Positions 15,987-25,616 of a stretch of 32,000 nucleotides of DNA are shown here, piece by piece. Each line of letters starts with the position of its first letter. Position 1 is the first letter of the stretch. The notes below the pieces were generated by a model, which was given only the letters and a program-made list of their open reading frames with translations, ran no database searches and was not told where the DNA came from. Both the position numbers and the translations under genes were made by a program. Source of the stretch: Acidobacteriota bacterium (GTDB lineage: Bacteria > Acidobacteriota > Terriglobia > Bryobacterales > Bryobacteraceae); assembly GCA_017307505.1 (NCBI GenBank), contig JAFKEE010000018.1, forward strand, positions 90,737-122,736. The letters run 5' to 3'.

Positions 15987-16460
15987 TTATTTCCGGCCGC
16001 CGGCTTTGGCCGGGATGGTGGCCACGGCTTCGACTTCCAGCATGTAGCCCTCGCGGAACAGGGCGGCGACTCCGACCAATGTGCTGGCCGGCGGGTGCTC
16101 CTTATTGACGTAGCGATCCCGGACTTCCCGGATGATGGGCAGGTACTCGGGTTTGAGGTCGCGGATGTACCAATTGAGCTTGACGACATCCTGGAAGGTG
16201 GCTCCGGCGGCGGCGAGATTGGCCTTGATGTTTTCGAAGACCTGCTGAGCCTGCGCCTTGATGTCATCCTTGCCCACCAGTTGCCCGGCGGAGTCGTTGG
16301 CAACCTGTCCGGCGAGGAAGATGAGCTTGCCGGGGTTTGCGACGACAACGTGGCTGTAGCCGGTGGCAGGGGCAACCGTTGGGGCTTTAGGGAACTCTGT
16401 CTGTGCCTGGAGGATACCGCTGGCGGCAAGGAAGAGGAGTGCTCGAGTTGGAAAGCGCAT
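15987..16460 (-). CDS. RidA/YjgF/TdcF family protein with N-terminal signal peptide
   Basis: YSHVVVANPGKLIFLAGQVA...AQAQQVFENIKANLAAAGATFQDVVKLNWYI...ASTLVGVAALFREGYMLEVEAVA. The N-terminus MRFPTRALLFLAASGILQAQ is signal-peptide-like. Confidence 0.8.
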   Translation of the reverse strand: MRFPTRALLFLAASGILQAQTEFPKAPTVAPATGYSHVVVANPGKLIFLAGQVANDSAGQLVGKDDIKAQAQQVFENIKANLAAAGATFQDVVKLNWYIRDLKPEYLPIIREVRDRYVNKEHPPASTLVGVAALFREGYMLEVEAVATIPAKAGGRK

Positions 16461-16539
16461 CCCTCCACGATAGCGGGCCGGCGTGGGAAACCTGTAAAAT
16501 CAGCGCCCACCATAGCCGACGCCCTATACTAATAGATTA

Positions 16540-17979
16540 ATGGTCCGAGTCCGATTCGCCCCTTCACCCACCGGGTACCTCCACATTGGGAGCGCCCGTA
16601 CTTTTATTTTCAATTGGCTCTTCGCTCGTAAACAGAAGGGCACGATGATCCTGCGCATCGACGACACCGACGTCGAGCGCAACACCCAAGCCTCGCTCGA
16701 TTCCATCTTCGACGGGCTGAACTGGCTGGGTCTCGGTTGGGACGAGTTCTACCGGCAAAGCGAACGCGGTGAGCTCTATGCCAAAGCGGCCTGGGCCATC
16801 TTCGACAAGGACCTGGCCTACAGGGATTTCACCCCGATGAGTGCCGGCGGAGAGGACAAATCCGGCGACGCGAAGGCTGCCTGGCTGTGCAATCCGGGCA
16901 TGCGCGAGCTTTCGCGGGCGGAGTCGGACCGCCGCGCCAATGCCGGAGAGCCGTTTGTCCTGCGCTTCCGGGTGCCGCGAGAGCCGGAGCGCACGATCAC
17001 ATTCACGGATCTGGTGTACGGCGAGCAATCCAAGTCGACGGCCGACATCGAGGATTTCGCGCTGCTGCGGTCGAATGGCGGAGTGACTTACCACCATGCC
17101 TCCTGCGTCGACGATGCGGACCTGAGGATCAGCCACATCGTGCGCGGGCAGGACCACCTTTCGAACACGTTCAAGCACATTCTGATTTTCGAAGCCCTGG
17201 GCGTCGAAGCGCCGCGCTTTGCGCACCTGCCGCTGCTGACCGCTCCGGACGGGGCGAAGCTCTCCAAGCGCAAACACGGGCCGGTGGTCTCCGTGACCAC
17301 CTATCGCGACGCCGGCTTCCTGCCGCAGAGCTACATCAACTTCCTCTGCCTGCTGGGTTGGAACCCGAAGGACAACCGCGAAAAGATGTCAATCGACGAG
17401 CTGGTCGAGGCTTTCACGTTCGACGGCGTCAATCGCGCCAATGCGGTGGTCAACTTCAGCGAGGAGGACCCGATCGACCCGAAGGCGTTGTGGCTCAACT
17501 CGCAGCACATCTATGCCTTGAGCGTGCCGGAGCTGGCTGCTGCCATCGCTCCGGTCTTCACGGCCGCCGGGTATCAGTTCGACGAAGCCAAACTGCTGAA
17601 GATCACGCCGCTGATCCAGGAGCGCATCAAGACCCTGAACGACGCGGTGGGCGCGGCCGATTTCTTCTTTGTCGACGAGCTCGCACCGTATGACCCGGCT
17701 GAACTGACGCCCCAGAAGGGCGATGCCGCGATGGCGCTGCGGGTGCTCGAAGCGGGGCGCACGGCCCTGGAGACCGCGGAGTTCAATCATGACGGGCTGG
17801 ATTCCGTGTTGCGCGCGCAGGCCGCGGCGCTTGGGGTGAAAGCGGGCCAGATGTTTCAGCCGATCCGGGTGGCCGTTTGCGGCCGCAAGGTGGCGCCGCC
17901 GCTCTTCGAGACGCTCGAAGTGCTCGGCCGGGAGACTTGTCTCAAGCGGATCGATCAGGCAGTACTGAAGTTGAAGTAA
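16540..17979 (+). CDS. gltX: glutamate--tRNA ligase
   Basis: [26 protein letters not shown] (HIGH-type motif) and the KMSKS-type motif KLSKRK. 479 aa. Confidence 0.95.
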   Translation: MVRVRFAPSPTGYLHIGSARTFIFNWLFARKQKGTMILRIDDTDVERNTQASLDSIFDGLNWLGLGWDEFYRQSERGELYAKAAWAIFDKDLAYRDFTPMSAGGEDKSGDAKAAWLCNPGMRELSRAESDRRANAGEPFVLRFRVPREPERTITFTDLVYGEQSKSTADIEDFALLRSNGGVTYHHASCVDDADLRISHIVRGQDHLSNTFKHILIFEALGVEAPRFAHLPLLTAPDGAKLSKRKHGPVVSVTTYRDAGFLPQSYINFLCLLGWNPKDNREKMSIDELVEAFTFDGVNRANAVVNFSEEDPIDPKALWLNSQHIYALSVPELAAAIAPVFTAAGYQFDEAKLLKITPLIQERIKTLNDAVGAADFFFVDELAPYDPAELTPQKGDAAMALRVLEAGRTALETAEFNHDGLDSVLRAQAAALGVKAGQMFQPIRVAVCGRKVAPPLFETLEVLGRETCLKRIDQAVLKLK

Positions 17980-18000
17980 GAAGGAACGAACACAAGCACC

Positions 18001-19746
18001 ATGCCCAACGACGACTCAGCAGGGAACAAACCGGTGAACGGGAACGAAGGCGCCCCTGAAGCGCAGCCGCGCCCGTCGAACTTCATCCGAGACATCATTC
18101 TGAAAGACATTGCCAGCGGCAAGCACGATGGCCGTGTCCAGACGAGGTTCCCCCCTGAGCCCAATGGCTATCTGCACATCGGCCACGCCAAGTCGATCTG
18201 CCTGAACTTCGGCCTGGCGGCCGAGTTCAATGGCAAGTGCAACCTGCGCTTCGACGACACCAATCCCTGCAAGGAAGAGGTGGAATACGTCGATTCGATT
18301 ATCGAGGATGTCCGCTGGATGGGTTTTCAGCCGGACGGGATCTACTACGCGTCCGATTACTTCGGACAGCTGCACGCCTGGGCGATTGAGCTGATCAAGG
18401 CGGGCAAGGCGTATGTATGCGACCTGACGGCGGAAGAGGTCCGGAAGTACCGCGGCACGCTCTCCGAGCCCGGCACGGAGAGTCCCTATCGGAACCGGTC
18501 AGTCGAGGAGAATCTGGACCTGTTCGAGCGCATGGGCAAAGGTGAGTTTCCGGATGGAACCCGCACCCTGCGATCGAAGATCGACATGGCCTCGCCCAAC
18601 CTGAACATGCGGGATCCGGTCATGTACCGCATTCTCCATGCGGACCACCACCGGACGGGGGATGCGTGGTGCATCTACCCGATGTACGACTTCACGCACG
18701 GGCAGTCCGATTCCATTGAGAAGATCACGCATTCGATCTGCACGCTGGAATTTGAAGACCACCGGCCGTTGTACGACTGGTACATCGACAACCTGGGCAT
18801 CTTCCCGCCGCAACAGATCGAGTTTGACCGGCTGAACCTGACGTACACGCTGCTGAGCAAGCGGAAGCTGCTGGCGCTGGTGCAGAACAAGGTGGTTTCG
18901 GGTTGGGACGATCCGCGCATGCCCACGCTGAGCGGCATCCGGCGCCGCGGGTACACGCCGGAGGCGATGCGCACGTTCTGCTCGCGGATTGGTGTGTCGA
19001 AGACCAACGGCACGATCGAGCTAGGGCTGCTGGAGCACGCGGTGCGTGAGGACCTGAACAAGCGGGCGGCGCGCGTGATGGCTGTCCTGAAACCGATCAA
19101 GGTGGTCATCGACAACTACCCCGAGGGGCAGGTGGAGGAGATGGACGCCGTCAACAACCCCGAGGACGAATCGATGGGCACGCGCAAGGTGCCGTTCTCG
19201 CGGGAAATTTACATTGAGCAGGATGACTTCCGGGAAGTGCCCCCCAAGGGGTACTACCGCCTCTCGCCTGGTAAAGAAGTAAGACTTCGTTACGCCTATC
19301 TAATCACGTGCACGAGCGTCTTAAAGAACCAAGCTGGAGAAGTGGTGGAAGTGCATTGCTCGTATGATCCCGCGACCCGCGGCGGCAACACCCCGGACGG
19401 GCGCAAAGTGAAGTCCACCATACATTGGGTCTCCGCCCCTCACGCAATCAGCGCTGAAGTGCGGATGTACGAGAATCTCTTCAGCAAAGAAGACCCGAAC
19501 GACGTCGCCGAGGGGAAGGATTGGATGGACAATCTCAATCCCCACTCCCTCGAAGTTGTCACAGGCGGCAAACTCGAGCCCAGCCTGTCAGACGCCGCGC
19601 CGGGGACCCGCTATCAGTTCGAACGCCTGGGCTATTTCTGTGTCGATCCGGACAGCAAGCCCGGCAGCCTCGTGTTCAACCGGACCGTCGGACTGCGCGA
19701 TACGTGGGCCAAGATCGAGAAAGCCCAGAAAGAGAAGGGCTCCTAG
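18001..19746 (+). CDS. glnS: glutamine--tRNA ligase
   Basis: [37 protein letters not shown], and the C-terminal [12 protein letters not shown]. It starts 21 nt after gltX, with a GAAGGAA SD. Confidence 0.95.
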   Translation: MPNDDSAGNKPVNGNEGAPEAQPRPSNFIRDIILKDIASGKHDGRVQTRFPPEPNGYLHIGHAKSICLNFGLAAEFNGKCNLRFDDTNPCKEEVEYVDSIIEDVRWMGFQPDGIYYASDYFGQLHAWAIELIKAGKAYVCDLTAEEVRKYRGTLSEPGTESPYRNRSVEENLDLFERMGKGEFPDGTRTLRSKIDMASPNLNMRDPVMYRILHADHHRTGDAWCIYPMYDFTHGQSDSIEKITHSICTLEFEDHRPLYDWYIDNLGIFPPQQIEFDRLNLTYTLLSKRKLLALVQNKVVSGWDDPRMPTLSGIRRRGYTPEAMRTFCSRIGVSKTNGTIELGLLEHAVREDLNKRAARVMAVLKPIKVVIDNYPEGQVEEMDAVNNPEDESMGTRKVPFSREIYIEQDDFREVPPKGYYRLSPGKEVRLRYAYLITCTSVLKNQAGEVVEVHCSYDPATRGGNTPDGRKVKSTIHWVSAPHAISAEVRMYENLFSKEDPNDVAEGKDWMDNLNPHSLEVVTGGKLEPSLSDAAPGTRYQFERLGYFCVDPDSKPGSLVFNRTVGLRDTWAKIEKAQKEKGS

Positions 19747-19773
19747 TCAGGAAGACGGAAGGCTTCAATTAAG

Positions 19774-21351
19774 ATGATCATCCTGGGTATCGGGGGCATC
19801 CTGAAGGACGCCGCATGTGCCGTCCTTGTGGACGGTGAGTTAGTAGCCGCGATTGAGGAGCCGAAGGTTTCTCCGCACGGCCCACAGAGCGGAATTCCCA
19901 TTCACGCAGCCATGACGGCGCTGCGCCTGGCCGGCGTGGAACCTGCCGACGTGCAGACCGTGGCGCTGGCCCGTCCCTTTGCCGAGAACAACGGGCGCCA
20001 CCACCTGCACGTGGAATTGCGGGAGCTGTTCCCTTCGGCGCGGATTGTCACGGTGGAGCACCACCAGGCCCATGCGTCGTCGGCGTACTTCGCTTCGCCG
20101 TTCGAATATGCAAGCGTGCTGACACTGGACCGTTCCGGCGATTTCCGCTGCGGATCGCGCTGGCGGGCGGCGGGCAATCAACTGCACCTCGAGAAAGAGA
20201 TCTCATATCCCGACTCGCTTGGTGATCTTTATAGCCGGGTGACCGATCTGCTGGGCTTCCAGCCCGGGGCGGACGAGCACAAGGTGCAGTGGCTTTCGAC
20301 GGCGGGAACCCCGGACCTGGCCGCCCTGTTCCGCAGCATCCTGGTGCAGGACGGGATCGGATTGCGGGTGGATCGAAGCTGGTTTGACAACGACAGGTTG
20401 AACAGCGGGGGCTTCAGCGCACGATTTTACATGGCGCTGGGACTGGAAGACGGTGCCGAAATTCCGGCAGAACTGCGGCCCCGCATCGCCGCGGGTTTGC
20501 AGGCGGCGATTGAGCGCCTGGTGGTGGAAATGGCTGGGGAAGGCGAGAACCTCTGCCTGGCCGGAGGTCTTGCGCTGAACGCCCTGCTGGTGGCGGCGCT
20601 GGAGCGGAGCGGTCATTGGAAGAACGTCTTCGTGCAGCCGGCGGCTGGGAACAGCGGTACGGCGATTGGCGCGGCCTATCATGCATGGCATGTGGTGCAC
20701 GGCCGCGATCACCGTTCGCCGATGACGACGCTGGCGCTGGGACCGAGCTTCACTTCCGAAGAGATCAAGAAGGTCATCGAAAACTGTAAACTCGGCTTCC
20801 GTTACCTGCTCACGACGGATGAGGTGTTGGAGGCCGCTGTTACACAGTTAGCGGCGGATAAGATTGTTGCCTGGATGCAGGGGCGGATGGAGTTCGGGCC
20901 TCGGGCTTTGGGGCACCGGTCGATCCTGGCGTCACCCCTGAATCCCTATTCGACCGAGAATCTGAACGTCTTCATCAAGCACCGCGAGCCGTTCCGGAAG
21001 TTTGCGGCGTCAGTGCCAGTGGAGTTGGCTTCCGAGTACTTCGAGGTCGGCCGCAATGCGCGGTTCCTGGCCACGGTGGGCCGGGTGCGCGATGCGCATC
21101 GGAAGACGTTTGAGAGTGCGGTGCTGGGGGATGGGCTGGTGCGTGTCCACACGGTGGATGCGCAGGAGAATCCGATCTTCCACAAACTGCTGCTGTCGTG
21201 GGGCCGCAAGACCGGGTTGCCGGTGCTCTACAACACTTCGTTCAATCTGTTCGGCGATCCCCTGGTGTGTACGCCAAGGGATGCCGTGCGGAGTTTCTAC
21301 TCGTCAGGGATCGACGCCTTGCTGGTGGGCAACTTCCTGCTGGAGAAGTGA
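19774..21351 (+). CDS. carbamoyltransferase (NodU/CmcH family)
   Basis: VEHHQAHASSAYFASPF, LTLDRSGD, NLCLAGGLALN, and the C-terminal domain GRMEFGPRALGHRSILASP...NTSFNL. The N-terminal segment is somewhat divergent. Confidence 0.85.
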   Translation: MIILGIGGILKDAACAVLVDGELVAAIEEPKVSPHGPQSGIPIHAAMTALRLAGVEPADVQTVALARPFAENNGRHHLHVELRELFPSARIVTVEHHQAHASSAYFASPFEYASVLTLDRSGDFRCGSRWRAAGNQLHLEKEISYPDSLGDLYSRVTDLLGFQPGADEHKVQWLSTAGTPDLAALFRSILVQDGIGLRVDRSWFDNDRLNSGGFSARFYMALGLEDGAEIPAELRPRIAAGLQAAIERLVVEMAGEGENLCLAGGLALNALLVAALERSGHWKNVFVQPAAGNSGTAIGAAYHAWHVVHGRDHRSPMTTLALGPSFTSEEIKKVIENCKLGFRYLLTTDEVLEAAVTQLAADKIVAWMQGRMEFGPRALGHRSILASPLNPYSTENLNVFIKHREPFRKFAASVPVELASEYFEVGRNARFLATVGRVRDAHRKTFESAVLGDGLVRVHTVDAQENPIFHKLLLSWGRKTGLPVLYNTSFNLFGDPLVCTPRDAVRSFYSSGIDALLVGNFLLEK

Positions 21352-21352
21352 C

Positions 21353-22174
21353 CTAGCCCAGAGGGTAAGGCCGCGGGACCATCAGCGTACGGTTCCAGCG
21401 GGTCTTCGAGAAGAAGTGGGTGGCCAGGTCGATGAGATGGTCGAGCGAGATGATGTTGGGGTCGGCCAGCGCTTCCGTGGTCGCGTCATACGACCAGAAG
21501 ATGATGGCCGGCTTACCGACGATGTTGGCTCGCGGGACGAAGCCCCAGTACCGGGAGTCGAGCGAATTGTCGCGATTGTCACCCATGGCGAAGTAGCAGT
21601 TCGGCGGCACGACGATCTCGCCATCCTTCAGGTTCTCGGAGAGCATCTTCACGGCGCCGGCTTCCAGCCGCATGTTCGGCTCACTGGGGAAGTTGTCGCG
21701 GTAGGAGTCCAGGTAGTTCATTTTGTGAACGACGTAGGGCTCGTTCATCTTCCTGCCGTTGAGGACCAGTTCCTTGTTGATGAGCTTGATGTGGTCGCCG
21801 GGCACGCCGATGACGCGCTTGATGTAGTTCTGGCGGGGGTCCACCGGCCACTTGAAGACGATGATGTCGCCGCGCTTGATGGGGGTGTAGGGCAGCAGGT
21901 ATTTGCTGATGGCGCCGGGCGGTGAGAAGGCCAGCTTGTCGACGAACATGTGGTCGCCGATGAGGACGGTATCTTCCATCGAACCCGTGGGGACGACGAA
22001 GGCCTGCAGGATGGTGGTGGTGCCGAAGAGGAGCAGGATGATGGTAACCGTCCACTCGGAGACGAACGACCGCACCTGTTCGGGAAAGTCGGGTTTCACC
22101 TTCTGGAGCTTCGAGGAATCCTGCTGCTGGGGGAGGGCTTCGGTGCCGCTGGGCTTCTTTACTTTTTGCTTCAT
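21353..22174 (-). CDS. lepB: signal peptidase I (paralog 1)
   Basis: Single TM, catalytic Ser box VPTGSMEDT, Lys box KRVIGVPGDHI, and box E GDNRDNSLDSRYWGF. Confidence 0.9.
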   Translation of the reverse strand: MKQKVKKPSGTEALPQQQDSSKLQKVKPDFPEQVRSFVSEWTVTIILLLFGTTTILQAFVVPTGSMEDTVLIGDHMFVDKLAFSPPGAISKYLLPYTPIKRGDIIVFKWPVDPRQNYIKRVIGVPGDHIKLINKELVLNGRKMNEPYVVHKMNYLDSYRDNFPSEPNMRLEAGAVKMLSENLKDGEIVVPPNCYFAMGDNRDNSLDSRYWGFVPRANIVGKPAIIFWSYDATTEALADPNIISLDHLIDLATHFFSKTRWNRTLMVPRPYPLG

Positions 22175-22178
22175 CGTC

Positions 22179-23012
22179 TCAGTTCTTTAGATCATAGCCG
22201 CGGATCAGCATGAACGTGCGCTTCCAACGTGTCTTCGTAAAGAAGTGACGAGCAAGATCCAATAAATGTTCGATATCCACGCCGGAATTGACAAGCCTCT
22301 CAGTGGGCGCATCGTAGGACCAGTAGACGAGAAGGGGTTTTCCGATGATGTTGGCGCGGGGGACAAAGCCCCAGTAGCGCGAATCGAGGGAGGAGTCGCG
22401 GTTATCGCCCATGGCGAAGTAAGAGTCGGGCGGGACGACGACCTCGCCGTTGACGACGCTCTTGTCCAGCATTTCCAGGGCCCGGTCGTCGACGCGGGTG
22501 TTGGGGTCGGTAGGGAAGTTGTCGCGGTAGGAGTCGATGAAGTCGGTCTTGTTGAACTTGTAGGGCTCGTCGACGGGCTTGCCGTTGAGGATCAGTTGTT
22601 TATTGATCAGTTTGATGTGGTCGCCGGGTACGCCGATGACGCGCTTCACGAAGGTCTGGCGGATGTCGACGGGGTAGCGGAAGACAATGATGTCGCCGCG
22701 TTTGACCGGGGTGTAGGGCAGGATGTATTTACTGATGGTACCGGACGGGGCGAAGGCGAGCTTGTCGACGAGTAAGTGGTCGCCAATCAGGAGGTTATCC
22801 TCCATTGAGCCGGTGGGGATGACAAAGGCCTGGATGAGGGCGGTGGTGCCGAAGAGTAGCAGCAGGATGGTGACGGCCCACTCGGCGATAGCGCCACGAG
22901 GCTGTTCACCGGGATGATGCTCCTCGGGCCTTGCATCCGCCTCTGACGGATCAAACAGTTGTGGGCTTTCCGGATCGGACTGGACATCCGCCGACAGATT
23001 GTCGTCCTGCAC
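22179..23012 (-). CDS. lepB: signal peptidase I (paralog 2)
   Basis: IPTGSMEDN, KRVIGVPGDHI, GDNRDSSLDSRYWGF. Collinear with paralog 1 over the full length and separated from it by 4 bp. Confidence 0.9.
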   Translation of the reverse strand: MQDDNLSADVQSDPESPQLFDPSEADARPEEHHPGEQPRGAIAEWAVTILLLLFGTTALIQAFVIPTGSMEDNLLIGDHLLVDKLAFAPSGTISKYILPYTPVKRGDIIVFRYPVDIRQTFVKRVIGVPGDHIKLINKQLILNGKPVDEPYKFNKTDFIDSYRDNFPTDPNTRVDDRALEMLDKSVVNGEVVVPPDSYFAMGDNRDSSLDSRYWGFVPRANIIGKPLLVYWSYDAPTERLVNSGVDIEHLLDLARHFFTKTRWKRTFMLIRGYDLKN

Positions 23013-23036
23013 TCTATTGATTGTACCGGATCCCGG

Positions 23037-24356
23037 TTACTTGGCGGCCTGAGCCGGTTGGGCGGCGTCGAGGATGCGTGTTTCCAGAGACTCGGCCACG
23101 CTGATGCGATCTCTCGGGAAGACTTCGAGGCGAAACTTCACGTTATTGGTCGCATTCCGATAGAGGACTCCGCCGCGGCTGAGGTCTTCCTGTTTCAGTT
23201 CGACAGTCTTACTGTTGTCCCCGTCCTGGATATAGAGCAAACCGCGTTTGGCGTTGCGGAAGGCGATGGTGTCGGTATTCCACTTCAGGTGGAGGTTTTC
23301 GCCGAACTGGACGAGGGTGAGGTCGAGCAGATAAGGGTCGGTGGCGGCATCGGGCGCCTTTTGGCTCTTGTAGCTGAGGGCGATCTGGAAGCCGAGGACC
23401 ACGCCGAGCAACAGGAAGATGAAGGACAAGGGGATCCAGATCCAGCCGCTGCGGTATTTGGAGCGGGGCAGGGGATCGGGCAGAGCCTGGTCGTAGGCTG
23501 TCTGGTGCCGCGGGCCGGTGGGCAGGGTGCTGAGATCCACAGCGGGGAGGTTGGAGGGCGCGACGGGCTCCGGTTGAACTGGATCAACGGTTTCCTCGGT
23601 GAGGCTGTAGCCGGTGGCGGCGGTTTCCAGTTCAGGATCGGCGACGTCGAGGCCGCGGGGCCGGCGGGCGGGTTTGCCGCCACCGAGTTCCTTCCGGCGG
23701 AAGGGGAAGGTCTGCTGGGCGGGTTCTGACGGAAACTGGCCGCTCTCGCGGTAGAAGAAGGTCGCCTCGCTGGCGCGGGTGGCGTACGGCTTCACCAGCA
23801 GGCAGATGGCGGTCTGCATGGGGAAGCGGGTTTCCAGCAGGCTGAGATCCTCAGGGGCCAACTGAATGTGGTCCCGGGTGTTGCTGCGGTAGAAGCCCAC
23901 CACGTAAAGGCGTCTGTCCGGGGCTGGGGTCCATTTGGCGAGGGCCTCGTCGAGGCCGCGCAGATCCGATTCGGAGAGGATGAAGGACGGGCCGCGCATG
24001 TGCTCACACGCGATGGGGACGAAATCCTCGATCCGCACAATGGTGTGTTCGCCGGATTCGGCCGAGCCGAGCAGGATGCCGCCGACTTCCGCGCCACGGC
24101 GCGGCACGGCGCCGAAGCCGCGCATAATCTCGAAGCCCAGACGGTCGATGAGGTCGAAGTCCAGGTAGATCGACAACGGCTTGCCTGGAATTTCATAAAG
24201 ATACGCAGTGCCCGCAGGCTTGTCGGACTCCGCGACGGAGGAAATCTGATGCTTTAGATCCATGAGGCTCGTCGCGGTAGACCCGCCTTCCGAGCGGTGG
24301 CCTTGCGACTGGCTATCCGCTTTATCGTATGGGGCCCTACCAGATAACTCAAGCAT
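23037..24356 (-). CDS. membrane protein with N-terminal degenerate MPN/JAMM-like domain, one TM helix and a beta-rich C-terminal outer domain
   Basis: The ATG at 24356 is preceded by AAGGA, 6 nt upstream. EVGGILLG and VVGFYRSNTRDHIQLAPED follow the spacing of E..G.L.G and HxHx7Sx2D with the His/His/Ser replaced. A Pro-rich linker follows, then the TM WIWIPLSFIFLLLGVVLGFQIAL. It lies 24 bp upstream of lepB paralog 2. Confidence 0.6.
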   Translation of the reverse strand: MLELSGRAPYDKADSQSQGHRSEGGSTATSLMDLKHQISSVAESDKPAGTAYLYEIPGKPLSIYLDFDLIDRLGFEIMRGFGAVPRRGAEVGGILLGSAESGEHTIVRIEDFVPIACEHMRGPSFILSESDLRGLDEALAKWTPAPDRRLYVVGFYRSNTRDHIQLAPEDLSLLETRFPMQTAICLLVKPYATRASEATFFYRESGQFPSEPAQQTFPFRRKELGGGKPARRPRGLDVADPELETAATGYSLTEETVDPVQPEPVAPSNLPAVDLSTLPTGPRHQTAYDQALPDPLPRSKYRSGWIWIPLSFIFLLLGVVLGFQIALSYKSQKAPDAATDPYLLDLTLVQFGENLHLKWNTDTIAFRNAKRGLLYIQDGDNSKTVELKQEDLSRGGVLYRNATNNVKFRLEVFPRDRISVAESLETRILDAAQPAQAAK

Positions 24357-24435
24357 AAATCATCCTTTTCCCCTATCGGCAGCGGGGGGCTTTTCCTTGA
24401 GGCATACTAGGCAAGTAGTTAAGGGAAGTCAGCTT

Positions 24436-25232
24436 ATGGCCGGAGTCCTATACATTGTCGCCACCCCGATCGGGAACCTGTCGGACATGACTTACCGGGC
24501 TGTGGAGACCCTGAAGACGGTGGACCACATCGCCTGCGAGGATACGCGGCAGACCCGGAAGCTATTGGATCACTTCGGCATAGCGGCCCATCCGTTGAGC
24601 TATCACGAGCACAATGAGGCGGAGCGGACGGTGGATCTGCTGCAGCGGCTGGAGGGCGGGGCGTCGATCGCGCTGGTGTCGGACGCGGGGACTCCACTGA
24701 TTTCGGATCCCGGCTATCGCATTGTAAACGCAGCGGCTGAGCGAGGGATCCGGGTGGTGCCGATCCCGGGCGTGTCGGCGCTGGTCACGGCGCTCTCCGC
24801 TGCCGGGTTGCCTACCGACTCCTTCCGGTTCTGCGGTTTCTTTCCCCGAAAGTCAGGCGAACGCCGGAGGCTGCTGGAGGGGCTGCTTACCGAGGAAACG
24901 ACGCTGGCGTTCTATGAGGCGCCGCACCGGATTCTGGAGTCGCTGCAGGATGTCGAAGAAGTGATGGGCGATCCGCCGGTGGTGGCGGCGCGGGAATTGA
25001 CGAAGCTGCACGAAGAGTTTTTGCGGGGGCCGGCGTCGGTGGTGCGGGCAACGCTGGCGGCTCGGGATTCGGTGAAGGGTGAGTTCACGGTGCTGGTGGG
25101 CAAGTCAGAGAAGAAGCCGCAGACGGATGAGAGTGTCCAGGATGCAGTGAAGCGGATGGAGGCGGCGGGGCTGCCCAGGATGGATGCGATTAAGGCGGTG
25201 GCTCGGGAGCGCGGGTTGGGCAAGCGGGACGT

Positions 25233-25257
<25 letters not shown>
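24436..25257 (+). CDS. rsmI: 16S rRNA (cytidine1402-2'-O)-methyltransferase
   Basis: The ATG at 24436 follows [72 protein letters not shown]. Confidence 0.9.
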
Positions 25258-25571
<314 letters not shown>

Positions 25572-25616
25572 GGGTGCTTCCCGATGATCTGAGTGGACGG
25601 GGCAACCCTGATTTCG

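Noticed and set aside
19261-19360. Patch of AT-ending or rare codons (GTA AGA CTT CGT ... CTA ... TTA ... CAA GCT GGA) inside glnS, considered as a recombination patch or embedded RNA element
   Set aside because: Similar local drops in GC3 occur in other genes of the window, for example carbamoyltransferase at about 20760-20880 and rluB. The protein sequence stays collinear with GlnRS, and I saw no convincing secondary structure.
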